Source: an uncultured Pseudomonadota bacterium | Lineage (GTDB): Bacteria > Pseudomonadota > Alphaproteobacteria > RF32 > CAG-239 | Direction of reading: 5' to 3' | Assembly (NCBI GenBank): GCA_902796625.1 | Contig: CADBPX010000122.1 | Span: 1-42,492, forward strand | DNA length: 42,492 bases | Part shown: in pieces, positions 1 to 8,870 of the stretch | Numbering within the stretch: position 1 is the stretch's first letter | Layout of the letters: every line of letters starts with the position of its first letter | The notes under the pieces: model-generated | What the model was told of the DNA's origin: nothing | Database searches by the model: none | The model's input: only the letters and a program-made list of their open reading frames with translations | Position numbers and translations under genes: made by a program

Positions 1-1
1 A

Positions 2-463
2 GATTTCGGAGCCCTTGACGGAAGAGGTAAAAAACATCATCTTTTCTTTAAAAACGGAAGTTATACTCTGATTGATGACAGTTATTCCGGACAGCCAGAA
101 GCGATGAAATTTGCGATTCAATCACTGGATAAAATGCCGACAGACGGCAGAAAAATTGTTATTCTCGGCAAAATGGCCGAACTTGGTAACACCTCAAAGG
201 AGAGACATATTGAAATTGGAAAATTACTCGCCGAAAGCAGTATAGATGTTATTGTCGGTGTATGCCCGGAAATGAAAGATATGTTAAAGCAATTACCTTC
301 TTCCAAAACACAATATTATTTTGAGGATAAATCCCCTATTGCCGAATTTTTGTTAAACGATTTATTGCAAAATAATGATACTGTCTTGATTAAAGGAGCC
401 AGATATTCATCTAAACTTTATCAACTGACCGAAGAATTGATAAAACATGGAGAAAAACAATGA
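2..463 (+). CDS. murF: UDP-N-acetylmuramoyl-tripeptide--D-alanyl-D-alanine ligase MurF, C-terminal part (5' end outside window)
   Basis: The frame is open from the window edge. 'YTLIDDSYSGQPEAMKFAIQSL...IVILGKMAELG...VLIKGARYSSKL' matches the Mur ligase C-terminal domain (LIDDSYNANP-type motif). Confidence 0.85.
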   Translation, partial: DFGALDGRGKKHHLFFKNGSYTLIDDSYSGQPEAMKFAIQSLDKMPTDGRKIVILGKMAELGNTSKERHIEIGKLLAESSIDVIVGVCPEMKDMLKQLPSSKTQYYFEDKSPIAEFLLNDLLQNNDTVLIKGARYSSKLYQLTEELIKHGEKQ

Positions 464-924
464 AATGCCCTTTTTGCGGTTGTGAAGAAACACAAGTCAA
501 AGATTCTCGTAATGCCGATGATAATACTTCTGTAAGACGTCGTCGCGAGTGTCCGGAGTGCGGATCACGTTTTACAACGTTCGAGCGTATTCAGTTGAGG
601 GAATTAATTGTAGTGAAAAAAAATGGTGAAAAAACTCCATTTGATCGGGATAAATTAGCTAAATCTATAAGTCTTGCCGTAAGAAAAAGACCTATATCCC
701 CGGAAAGAGTTGAAAAAATTGTCAATTCACTGCAACGCAAGTTTGAAAGCAGCGGTGAAACAGAAATTACTACCGGTCAAATCGGAGAAAACGTTATGGA
801 AGTGTTATCTCATCTTGATAATATCGCCTACATTCGTTTTGCTTCCGTATATAAAGATTTTCGCGATTTACAGGACTTAAATGATTTTATTGCCAGTATT
901 GAAAAATTAACCCATTCAGAATAA
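460..924 (+). CDS. nrdR: Transcriptional repressor NrdR
   Basis: N-terminal zinc ribbon 'CPFCG...CPECGSRFTTFER' followed by an ATP-cone. ATGA overlap with the murF stop. Confidence 0.95.
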   Translation: MKCPFCGCEETQVKDSRNADDNTSVRRRRECPECGSRFTTFERIQLRELIVVKKNGEKTPFDRDKLAKSISLAVRKRPISPERVEKIVNSLQRKFESSGETEITTGQIGENVMEVLSHLDNIAYIRFASVYKDFRDLQDLNDFIASIEKLTHSE

Positions 925-940
925 TAAAAAAAGGAATATA

Positions 941-1429
941 ATGACGAAATTTATATCTAAAAAAATTAAAATGAAATCAAGTGCACGTTTAGCCGCGGTA
1001 CAGGCAAACTATATGATTGCGTTTGGTCAAGCTCCCGTTGAAGTGGTGATTGATGATTTTGTTCAAGGGCGCATAGGACGGTTTGCAATTGATAACAAAG
1101 AAAATGAAGATAATGAAAAATTGGTGGAACTCGGACCGATTGATACCGAATATTTTGCAAAATTGGTAAAAGGAAGTCAGACTCAAAAGGAGGATCTGGA
1201 AAAATCACTTAACCTATTCCTTCACGGACAATGGTCCTATGATCATATGAATGGAATAATGCAGTCCCTGCTTTTAACCGCAATATATGAACTCATATCA
1301 TCAACCGATGTAGATACCAAAGTATTAATACAGGAATATGTTGACTTGGCCTATGCTTTCTTTAGCAAAAATGAACCGAAAATGGTTAACGCCCTGCTAG
1401 ATCAAATTGCTCATTCCGTCAGAGGTTAA
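941..1429 (+). CDS. nusB: Transcription antitermination factor NusB
   Basis: 'SSARLAAVQANYM' N-terminus typical of alphaproteobacterial NusB. AAGGA Shine-Dalgarno upstream. Size 162 aa. Confidence 0.85.
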   Translation: MTKFISKKIKMKSSARLAAVQANYMIAFGQAPVEVVIDDFVQGRIGRFAIDNKENEDNEKLVELGPIDTEYFAKLVKGSQTQKEDLEKSLNLFLHGQWSYDHMNGIMQSLLLTAIYELISSTDVDTKVLIQEYVDLAYAFFSKNEPKMVNALLDQIAHSVRG

Positions 1430-1431
1430 AA

Positions 1432-1968
1432 ATGTCTGTTCTAAAATTATATGAATATCCGTCACCGATATTAAGGGAAAAGTGCCAAAAAGTTTCCGTC
1501 TTTGATGACAAATTGCGGATTTTATTGGATAATATGTTGGAAACAATGTATGTCGATAAGGGATGCGGACTGGCTGCCCCGCAGGTTGGCATTGCCAAAC
1601 GTATCATTGTGGTTGATCCAAACCCGAGTGATGATGATTTGTCCGCCCGACAACCGATGCATCTTATAAATCCAGAAATTATCTGGCACTCTGAAGAAAC
1701 CGTTTTATTTAAAGAAGGATGTTTATCTTTGCCAGAACAACGGGCGGATGTTGAAAGATATGAAAGAGTTCGCGTACATTACATAGATTATGACGGCAAT
1801 GAACAGGAAATTTTGGCTGATGACATACTGGCTATTATTTTACAACACGAGATAGATCATCTGGATGGAATTCTCTATATAGATCACTTAAGCCAACTTA
1901 AAAGATCACGTCTATTGAAAAAGCTAGAAAAATACTATAATGAAGAAAAGCATAAGAAAGTTGAGTAA
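1432..1968 (+). CDS. def: Peptide deformylase
   Basis: Motifs 'GLAAPQVG', 'EGCLSLP' and 'HEIDHLDG'. Starts 2 nt after the nusB stop. Confidence 0.95.
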   Translation: MSVLKLYEYPSPILREKCQKVSVFDDKLRILLDNMLETMYVDKGCGLAAPQVGIAKRIIVVDPNPSDDDLSARQPMHLINPEIIWHSEETVLFKEGCLSLPEQRADVERYERVRVHYIDYDGNEQEILADDILAIILQHEIDHLDGILYIDHLSQLKRSRLLKKLEKYYNEEKHKKVE

Positions 1969-2049
1969 ACTTTACTAAAAGTTTGAGTAATTCATTATAA
2001 AAACTGATAAATTTGTTTCTAGCCAACCATATTAAACTGATTTTTAATA

Positions 2050-2078
2050 TTGACTTCAATGGATTTTTTATTTAAAAT
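2050..2078 (+). promoter_or_regulatory. sigma70-like promoter TTGACT-17-TAAAAT
   Basis: -35 at 2050-2055 and -10 at 2073-2078, about 58 nt upstream of the ATG at 2136. Confidence 0.45.
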
Positions 2079-2135
2079 GCCCACGAATATATATAATTAT
2101 ATTAATGAATTTAACTAAGTAATATATTATTGCGT

Positions 2136-2732
2136 ATGGAAAAAATTTTTTATGTATTTCGTCATGGCGAAACGGAGCTAAATGTAAAAAACATCTGGCA
2201 AGGCACAGGTGCTAATCCTGATTTGAATGCTCGCGGATGTGAACAGGCAGTAGAACTTAGCCAGAAGCTCAAGTGTTGTGGTGTTGAAAAAATCTATTCT
2301 TCACCTTTTTTGCGTGCTGAACATACCGCAAGGATTGCCAATCAACACCTCTGTGTTCCGCTTGAATTGAACGATGCTTTTCATGAGTGCTGTTTTGGCG
2401 AAGCTGAAGGACATACTATGGATGAGATCGGCACAAAATGGCCGCAATTGATGCATGATGTTCTTTATCCAACCCCGACGACTTGGGATAGCAAATATCC
2501 TGGAAATGACAGCGAGAGTAAACATCAAGTGTTTAATCGGGTGAGCGCTGCTTTATTAGAAATCGCCCGCACCTCGCCTTATCAAAAAATAGGCATCTCG
2601 ACTCATGGCGGTGTTATGTCATCTTTATTAGCCGGATTAGAATCATACGGTCTGGGGCTACCGAATTGTTGTGTGGCACAAATCAATTATGATTCTCAAA
2701 CTGATAAACTTACCTTTATAAAGATGATTTGA
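2136..2732 (+). CDS. Histidine phosphatase family protein (phosphoglycerate mutase-like)
   Basis: 'YVFRHGETELN' RHG catalytic motif plus a distal 'STHGG' His. I prefer the ATG at 2136 over the TTG at 2130 listed in the track. Confidence 0.8.
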   Translation: MEKIFYVFRHGETELNVKNIWQGTGANPDLNARGCEQAVELSQKLKCCGVEKIYSSPFLRAEHTARIANQHLCVPLELNDAFHECCFGEAEGHTMDEIGTKWPQLMHDVLYPTPTTWDSKYPGNDSESKHQVFNRVSAALLEIARTSPYQKIGISTHGGVMSSLLAGLESYGLGLPNCCVAQINYDSQTDKLTFIKMI

Positions 2733-2744
2733 ATCTGATTTGCT

Positions 2745-2782
2745 ATATAAAAGAAACGGGAATAATCCCGTTTCTTTTATAT
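2745..2782. terminator. Perfect 17-bp stem hairpin (ATATAAAAGAAACGGGA/ATAA loop/TCCCGTTTCTTTTATAT), bidirectional intrinsic terminator
   Basis: Arms 2745-2761 and 2766-2782 are perfectly complementary, with A/T runs on both sides. Sits 13 nt after the histidine phosphatase stop. Confidence 0.7.
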
Positions 2783-2785
2783 CAA

Positions 2786-2803
2786 TGGAGCTAAGGAAGA
2801 TCG
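2786..2803 (-). other. Degenerate duplicate of the tRNA-Ala 3' end (half T-loop + acceptor 3' strand)
   Basis: TGGAGCTAAGGAAGATCG matches 3051-3068 of the intact tRNA gene at 17 of 18 positions. The flanking hairpin also resembles the tRNA's own terminator. Confidence 0.6.
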
Positions 2804-2926
2804 TCTTGCTTAAATTTACTTTCTTTATTTATTTTAGCAGAAAATTTAAGCTTCGGTCACTCGTTCCCATCGTCTCGTTACGGGGCGCTTTCGCTTCCTT
2901 ACTCGCCGGGAAACTTCGCCCGTCAA

Positions 2927-2958
2927 AACAAAAACAACATTTAGAGGTTGTTTTTGTT
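2927..2958. repeat. Perfect 12-bp inverted repeat AACAAAAACAAC / 8-nt loop / GTTGTTTTTGTT
   Basis: Read directly from the sequence. Lies inside the non-coding island between the two tRNA-derived fragments. Confidence 0.6.
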
Positions 2959-2977
2959 CCTCCGGCTCCAGACCTAC

Positions 2978-3004
2978 GGTCAGTCGTTCGATCCTTATCT
3001 TCAC
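2978..3004 (+). other. Inverted, degenerate copy of the tRNA-Ala 3' half (variable loop/T-arm/acceptor)
   Basis: Plus-strand GGTCAGTCGTTCGATCCTTATCTTCAC versus sense tRNA GGTCAGGAGTTCGATCCTCCTTAGCTCCAC. About 23 of 27 positions match with one 2-nt gap. The T-stem complementarity is lost. Confidence 0.5.
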
Positions 3005-3010
3005 TTAAAA

Positions 3011-3040
3011 CAAAAAAGACGGAAATTAATCCCGCCTTCT
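3011..3040 (-). terminator. Intrinsic terminator of tRNA-Ala
   Basis: On the minus strand, AAGGCGG/9-nt loop/CCGTCTT followed by a T run. The one imperfect pair is G-U on the minus-strand RNA but an A-C mismatch on the plus strand. Confidence 0.55.
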
Positions 3041-3047
3041 TTTATAT

Positions 3048-3123
<76 letters not shown>

Positions 3124-3136
3124 AACGACGAATATT

Positions 3137-3165
3137 TATTTAGCACAATGTTTCTTAAATGTAAA
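3137..3165 (-). promoter_or_regulatory. Candidate tRNA-Ala promoter TTTACA-17-TAAATA
   Basis: On the minus strand, -35 is at 3165..3160 and -10 at 3142..3137, 13 nt upstream of the mature tRNA 5' end. Confidence 0.35.
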
Positions 3166-3181
3166 GCTATTTTTTCTATAT

Positions 3182-3580
3182 TCAATCGATTTTATTATCA
3201 TCAGGCGATTTAGCCAAATCAGCCTTAACTTTAGGATCTTGCATCAAGCGATTAATCCGTTCAACTTCATCATATGTATCATCAACACGAAAATTTATTT
3301 CCGGCGTAAATCGTAATTTAAGACGCGAAGCTACAAGTTTTTTAAACAACCATTTATCAGCTGTCATTTGCTCAAGCACAACGCCAATATTTTTACCGTT
3401 TAAGGTGGTTAAATAAACAGTTGCGTATTTTAAGTCCGGAGACATTATCACATTAGTAATCGTAATAAATGCCTCAGCTATTTCCGGACTTCTCACTTCA
3501 CCGCGTTCCAAAGCCTCAGCAATAACTTTGCGTATTTCTTGCCCTACTCTTTGCTGTCTTTGTGATAATTTCTGTGCCAT
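3182..3580 (-). CDS. rbfA: Ribosome-binding factor A
   Basis: 'QRVGQEIRKVIAEAL...ITITNVIMSPDLKYATVY' is RbfA-like. I chose the start at 'MAQKLSQ' (GGAGAG SD, 10 nt after the infB stop) rather than the longer track ORF, which overlaps infB. Confidence 0.9.
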   Translation of the reverse strand: MAQKLSQRQQRVGQEIRKVIAEALERGEVRSPEIAEAFITITNVIMSPDLKYATVYLTTLNGKNIGVVLEQMTADKWLFKKLVASRLKLRFTPEINFRVDDTYDEVERINRLMQDPKVKADLAKSPDDNKID

Positions 3581-3590
3581 TATAACTCTC

Positions 3591-6113
3591 CTACAAAGTT
3601 TTAGCGATTTCTTCAACCTCATAACATTCAATATTATCATTAACTTGAATATCATTATAGTTTTCGAAACTCATGCCGCATTCATATCCCTCTTTAACTT
3701 CTTTTACATCATCTTTATAACGTTTAAGTTGTCCGAGATTACCATCATGAATAACAACATTATCGCGCAGCAAACGAATTTTAGCTCCACGTTTAACCAA
3801 ACCTTCCATAACCATACAACCGGCAACTTTGCCAACTCCGGTAATATTGAATACATTGCGAATTTGAGCATATCCTAAGATTTTTTCTCTCAATTCCGGA
3901 GTCAACATACCTTCAAGAGCCTTCTTAACATCATCAACAACATCATAAATAATTGAATAATAGCGAATATCAATACCATCGCGATGCGCCATATCGCGAG
4001 CCTGTGCATTAGCGCGAACATTAAAGCCGATTACAAACGCATCAGAAGCTTTGGCCAAAGTTACATCGGATTCAGAAATTCCGCCGACAGCTGAATGTAA
4101 AATTTGCACGTTAACTTCATCATTGGAAAGTTTATTTAAAGACCCCTCTAATGCTTCAATAGAACCTTGAACATCTGCTTTAATAACAACTGCTAAATGT
4201 TTGGATTCGCCAGATTTTATCTTATCCATCATTTGTTCCATTGCCGATTTAGCACTCTTTACCAATTTGGCGTCGCGTTCTTTACGAATACGGTATCCGG
4301 TAACTTCACGAGCCTGTGATTCATCTTTAGCAACAACAAAATTGTCGCCAGCCATCGGAGTTCCTTGCAAGCCAATAACTTCGACCGGAGTTGCCGGACC
4401 AGCCTCGGATACTTTTTTACCATGCTCGTTAAACATAGCGCGAACCCTACCCCATTCTTTACCAGCTATCAAAATATCACCAATGCGCAACGTGCCTTTC
4501 TGAACCAACACCGTTGCCACGGATCCGCGACCTTTTTCCATTTTGGCTTCGACTACTGTACCTTCTGCACCACGATGTGGATTTGCTTTCAAATCAAGCA
4601 TTTCTGCTTGCAATAGTATTGCATCAACCAATTTATCAATATTAATGCGTTTTTTGGCAGATATTTCGGCACACAGGCATTCACCGCCCATTTCTTCAAC
4701 ACCTATACCATACTGCAGAAGCTCTGTTTTTATGTGCATCGGATCTGCACCAGGTAAATCTATTTTATTGATAGCTACAACAATCGGAACTTCAGCCGCT
4801 TGTGCATGGCGAATAGCCTCAATTGTTTGTGGCATAACCCCATCATTTGCCGCCACAACCAATACAACAATATCCGTAACCTTAGCTCCGCGTGCACGCA
4901 TCTCGGAAAAAGCCTCATGCCCCGGAGTATCAATAAAGGTTATTTTTTGACCGTTGGAGACGGTAATTTGGTACGCACCAATATGTTGCGTAATACCACC
5001 GGCTTCGCGGGCAACTACATTAGTTTCGCGCAAAGCATCTAACAAAGATGTTTTACCGTGATCAACGTGTCCCATAACAGTAACGATAGGTGCTCGCGGC
5101 TCCAAGTCTGTTTCATTATCTTCCGGACCGCTGAGACCCTCTTCAACATCACTATCGGCAACACGTTTATACTTATGCCCCATATCTTCAACAATAATCT
5201 GAGCAGTATCAGCATCAATAGCTTGGTTTATCGTAGCCATAACGCCCATTGACATCAATCTTTTTATAACATCTGCACTTTTTTCAGCCATACGGTTAGC
5301 CAATTCTTGAACGGTAATGGTCTCAGGAATAATAACTTCCTTTATAACCTTTTCTTGCGGCTGAGTAACAGTTTGCTGAACTTTAGGTTGTTTTTTCTTC
5401 AAACGTCTGTGTGGAGCATAACCATAATCATCATCGTCATCATCGCCGTTTATCATATAGCTGTTAACGTTGATTTTATTATTACGACGTTGCGGTTCAA
5501 AGCTACGCTTTTGTATCTTTTTACGTTCCTGTTCAAATGTTTCCTCTTTAGTCAGAGATCTCTTCTCGGTAGCGGAAGAAAACTTTTTCCCCTTTGACGA
5601 ATACTCATCAGAATCATCGTCGTCTTCATCAGAATATTCTTTGTTTTTCTTGTTCTTATGTTGCTCCTGATTGGAAACTTCCGATACCGGAAAATCATTT
5701 TTATTTTCCGGTTTTTTAACCTTCTTAGTTTCTTTATTATCAATAACGGCTTTATCTTCTTCTTTCATCTTATTTAAAGAAGTACTGTCTTCTTCTGCTG
5801 CTTGTTTTTCAGCTAAAGCTTTTTCACGCTCTTTCAGCTGTTTTTGTCTCTGAGCTTCCTTAGCTTCTTCTTCTTTTTTCTTCTGGGCATCATGTTGCTT
5901 AGCTTCAGCTATAAGCTTGAGCTTTTGCGCTGTTTCTTCATCGATTTCCACTTTTTTTACAGTATCTTTAACAGAAGGTGTAATAACACGTTTTTTACGT
6001 ACTTCAACCTGTACGACCTTCTTGCCATCACCTGCCGACGACTTACCAGTCTTCTTTAAAGTGAGAGTTTTTCCCGATAATGTTAACTTTCCTTTTGTAC
6101 TATCTTCTGTCAT
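3591..6113 (-). CDS. infB: Translation initiation factor IF-2
   Basis: G-domain motifs '[12 protein letters not shown]', 'DTPGHEAF' and 'NKID', with a K/E/D-rich N-terminal region. Lies in nusA operon context. Confidence 0.97.
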   Translation of the reverse strand: MTEDSTKGKLTLSGKTLTLKKTGKSSAGDGKKVVQVEVRKKRVITPSVKDTVKKVEIDEETAQKLKLIAEAKQHDAQKKKEEEAKEAQRQKQLKEREKALAEKQAAEEDSTSLNKMKEEDKAVIDNKETKKVKKPENKNDFPVSEVSNQEQHKNKKNKEYSDEDDDDSDEYSSKGKKFSSATEKRSLTKEETFEQERKKIQKRSFEPQRRNNKINVNSYMINGDDDDDDYGYAPHRRLKKKQPKVQQTVTQPQEKVIKEVIIPETITVQELANRMAEKSADVIKRLMSMGVMATINQAIDADTAQIIVEDMGHKYKRVADSDVEEGLSGPEDNETDLEPRAPIVTVMGHVDHGKTSLLDALRETNVVAREAGGITQHIGAYQITVSNGQKITFIDTPGHEAFSEMRARGAKVTDIVVLVVAANDGVMPQTIEAIRHAQAAEVPIVVAINKIDLPGADPMHIKTELLQYGIGVEEMGGECLCAEISAKKRINIDKLVDAILLQAEMLDLKANPHRGAEGTVVEAKMEKGRGSVATVLVQKGTLRIGDILIAGKEWGRVRAMFNEHGKKVSEAGPATPVEVIGLQGTPMAGDNFVVAKDESQAREVTGYRIRKERDAKLVKSAKSAMEQMMDKIKSGESKHLAVVIKADVQGSIEALEGSLNKLSNDEVNVQILHSAVGGISESDVTLAKASDAFVIGFNVRANAQARDMAHRDGIDIRYYSIIYDVVDDVKKALEGMLTPELREKILGYAQIRNVFNITGVGKVAGCMVMEGLVKRGAKIRLLRDNVVIHDGNLGQLKRYKDDVKEVKEGYECGMSFENYNDIQVNDNIECYEVEEIAKTL

Positions 6114-6126
6114 ATATAATACTCCG

Positions 6127-6717
6127 TTACGCTTTCAAATACGTTGCATACTTATTTAACGCCTTATAGACCATTTTTTCGGTATTGCCCTTGACAATAG
6201 CCAGATAAACCGTGTTATCCCTATTTAAAACTGCGCTCATAACCTCTGTTGTAAACAGCTCTACTTTTTGCAAATCACCAGCTATCTTCTCGAGCTTACT
6301 TTTACCGTCTACACCGGCATCAAGTGCCGTTATAATAAAAGCTACACGTTTTTTCAAAACTGCTTCTTTTATTTTTTCAAATCCCAAAATTAATGTGCCG
6401 CTTTTGCGCGCTAAATTTAATGAATTGAGGGCTTTTTTCTCTAAAATTTTTTCAATCATCTCCGGCAAATCATCTGGGATTAATACTTTAGTGTGTAAAA
6501 CTTTATTAAGAGGATTTTTTGAACTTTCTTTATTCTTGTTGACCAAATCTTCCAATAATTGTTTAGAGTTAGAAAAATAGAAACCGCGTCCCGATAATTT
6601 TTTATCAAAATCCGGAAGCAATGTGCCGTCTTTTAGCAAGACAAACCTTAAAAGATCTTCCTTATTTTGAACAGATCCGGTCAAGATGCATTTTCTATTT
6701 TCTAACTCTTGAGACAT
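6127..6717 (-). CDS. YlxR/DUF448-like RNA-binding domain fused to an L7Ae/YlxQ-like domain
   Basis: '[19 protein letters not shown]...SGRGFY' (YlxR) followed by '[33 protein letters not shown]' (L7Ae-like). Located between nusA and infB. Confidence 0.7.
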   Translation of the reverse strand: MSQELENRKCILTGSVQNKEDLLRFVLLKDGTLLPDFDKKLSGRGFYFSNSKQLLEDLVNKNKESSKNPLNKVLHTKVLIPDDLPEMIEKILEKKALNSLNLARKSGTLILGFEKIKEAVLKKRVAFIITALDAGVDGKSKLEKIAGDLQKVELFTTEVMSAVLNRDNTVYLAIVKGNTEKMVYKALNKYATYLKA

Positions 6718-6720
6718 ATA

Positions 6721-8247
6721 TTACTTAGCCTTTTTGTCATCAAACCAATGTTCACGAGCTAACATGATTATTTCATTTGCCTCAGTTAATGTCAGAACAT
6801 TTTCACCAACAATTTCAATCAGTTCATCTGCAGCCAAGTCAGCCAAATCATCAATATTTTTGATACCGTTTTCAGCTAAAGTTAAGATCATATCCTGATC
6901 TAATCCGCTTACGTGCTTCAAACTTTCATCAATTTTCAGCTTTTTACTCTTAGTTGCAAATTCCTTATTCCGCTTTTCGATAAATTCATTGGCGCGGTTC
7001 TGTAATTCCGTAGCCACATCTTCATCAAAACCTTCGATTTCGGCCAACTCTTTTAAGTCGACCATAGCTATTTCATCAATAGTTGAAAAACCTTCTGCAA
7101 CAAGCAAATGAGCAATCATATCATCAACATCTAATGCTTCCATAAATCGCTGAGTTCTAACTTTATTTTCGTTAGAGCGGCGTTCTTGTTCCTGTTCTTC
7201 AGTTAATACATCAATATCAGCACCGATCAGCTGTGAAGCCAGTTTAACATTTTGTCCACGACGACCGATTGCATAAGATAACTGGTCTTCGGCAACAACA
7301 ACTTCTATGCGATTATTTTCCTCATCTAAGACAACTTTTGTCACTTCTGCCGGAGCAAGAGCGCTTACAATATATTCTGCACGATCATCAGAATATGGTA
7401 CAATATCAATCTTTTCTCCCTGCAACTCCGTAACAATAGCCTGTACACGAATACCTCGCAATCCAACACAAGCTCCAACCGGATCAACTGTTTTATCATT
7501 AGCTTTAACGGCGATTTTAGCTTTAGATCCAGGATCACGTGCCACGCCCATTATTTGTACTACGCCATCATAAATTTCCGGAACTTCCTGAGTAAATAAC
7601 TTTGCCATAAACTCCGGACAGGTTCTTGATAAGAAAATTTGCGGTCCTTTAACCTCGCGACGAACGTCTAATACATAAGCGCGAACTCTGTCACCATTTT
7701 TGTATTTTTCCCTTGGTATTATCTCATTATGACGCAATACGGCTTCAGCTTTTCCGATATCAACAATCACATTGCCAAACTCTAAACGTTTAACTGTTCC
7801 GTTGATAATGGTACCGATTTTTTCGCGATATTCTTCAAACTGCTTATTACGTTCAGCTTCACGCACTTTTTGCATAATAACCTGCTTTGCCGTTTGAGCC
7901 GCAATACGTCCGAAATCAATCGGTGGAAGGGCATCAATAATAAAATCACCTACTTTGAGTTTTTTATCATATTTTTTAGCCAAACTTACCGGAATTTGTG
8001 CTGCTTCATTCTCAATTACAGTATCATCTGCAACAACCTCGCGATATCTTGCCAAAGAAATAGCTCCGGTTTTACGATCTATATGCACACGAATATCGTG
8101 TTCAAAACCGTATTTAGTTCGTCCGGCTTTTTGTATTGCTATTTCCATAGCTGTAAATACATCTTCTCTATCAATATTCTTTTCGCGCGCAACTGTGTCA
8201 GCTACGGCAACAATTTCAGGTCTTGGCATATTTTCAAAGTTTTCCAT
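6721..8247 (-). CDS. nusA: Transcription termination/antitermination factor NusA
   Basis: Has the N-terminal domain, S1, two KH domains ('IGRRGQNVKLASQL') and a C-terminal acidic HhH extension. 508 aa. Confidence 0.95.
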   Translation of the reverse strand: MENFENMPRPEIVAVADTVAREKNIDREDVFTAMEIAIQKAGRTKYGFEHDIRVHIDRKTGAISLARYREVVADDTVIENEAAQIPVSLAKKYDKKLKVGDFIIDALPPIDFGRIAAQTAKQVIMQKVREAERNKQFEEYREKIGTIINGTVKRLEFGNVIVDIGKAEAVLRHNEIIPREKYKNGDRVRAYVLDVRREVKGPQIFLSRTCPEFMAKLFTQEVPEIYDGVVQIMGVARDPGSKAKIAVKANDKTVDPVGACVGLRGIRVQAIVTELQGEKIDIVPYSDDRAEYIVSALAPAEVTKVVLDEENNRIEVVVAEDQLSYAIGRRGQNVKLASQLIGADIDVLTEEQEQERRSNENKVRTQRFMEALDVDDMIAHLLVAEGFSTIDEIAMVDLKELAEIEGFDEDVATELQNRANEFIEKRNKEFATKSKKLKIDESLKHVSGLDQDMILTLAENGIKNIDDLADLAADELIEIVGENVLTLTEANEIIMLAREHWFDDKKAK

Positions 8248-8265
8248 TTTGTCCCCTTCAATAAA

Positions 8266-8766
8266 TTAATTTTCTACAGCTTCATGGGCTGCTTGATATT
8301 CATTCCATAAATCATCAGTTAGAACTAACTTAGCTTTGTTAATAACCGCAAACGGAATGACAAACTCTTTATCATCTTCTGTTAAAAAGATATTTTGTTT
8401 TTCTATTTTACTGATTTTACCCTTAAATCGTTTTCGATCATCAACCTTTTCCTCAGTTTCCAATCTAACGTCATAACCTACATAACGTTTAAAATGCTCT
8501 AACTTTGTCAAAGGCCTATCGATTCCCGGAGAACTTACTTCTAAGGAATATTTGTTTTCAATCGGATCTTTTTCATCCAACATATCCGACAAGGCGTGAC
8601 TAACTTTGGTGCAGTCCTCAATTGTTATGTCGGTATGATCCAAGTTATCTATCATAACTTGCAGAGTCGGATTCGTTTGTCCCCCTACCGAAAGCACTCG
8701 AACCAATTCGTAGCCCAGCTCAGTAACAACAGGTTCTATAATATCCTGCAGATGATGTTTATACAT
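8266..8766 (-). CDS. rimP: Ribosome maturation factor RimP
   Basis: 'LEVSSPGIDRPL' motif. I chose the start at 'MYKHHLQ' (AAGGA SD); the track ORF extends 15 codons further upstream. Confidence 0.85.
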   Translation of the reverse strand: MYKHHLQDIIEPVVTELGYELVRVLSVGGQTNPTLQVMIDNLDHTDITIEDCTKVSHALSDMLDEKDPIENKYSLEVSSPGIDRPLTKLEHFKRYVGYDVRLETEEKVDDRKRFKGKISKIEKQNIFLTEDDKEFVIPFAVINKAKLVLTDDLWNEYQAAHEAVEN

Positions 8767-8870
8767 TTTGTATCCTTTAATAAAAAAGCGGGGCTTTTCA
8801 GCTCCACTCATATAATTTCAATTTCTACCAGTCGTATAAAACATATTTTGTCTTTTGTAAAGAACTTTTT

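Noticed and set aside
2880-2925. Possible SRP (4.5S) RNA, because of 'AAGGAAGCGAAAGC' on the minus strand
   Set aside because: Only a short 'AAGGAAGC' resemblance to the domain IV motif. The conserved GGUCC-GGAA-GGAAGCAGC context and the long flanking helix 5 are not evident by eye.
2786-3010. Possible tmRNA (ssrA), because the segment ends in a tRNA-Ala-like 3' end followed by a terminator
   Set aside because: The only candidate 5' acceptor strand (GGAGCCG at 2969..2963) gives A3:U70 instead of G3:U70. The T-loop is degenerate (GACGATC) with a mismatched stem. No reading frame ends in a typical ...LAA/VAA tag, and the roughly 185-225-nt length is short. ARAGORN or Rfam could still overturn this.
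4201-6159. Multiple 60-135-aa plus-strand ORFs opposite infB
   Set aside because: Shadow ORFs antisense to a highly conserved, clearly coding gene. No SD sequences or recognisable domains.
8784-8798. Small hairpin AAAAGC/GGG/GCTTTT upstream of rimP as an hflX terminator or attenuator
   Set aside because: The stem is only 6 bp with two G-C pairs. That is too weak to call without 3'-end mapping.
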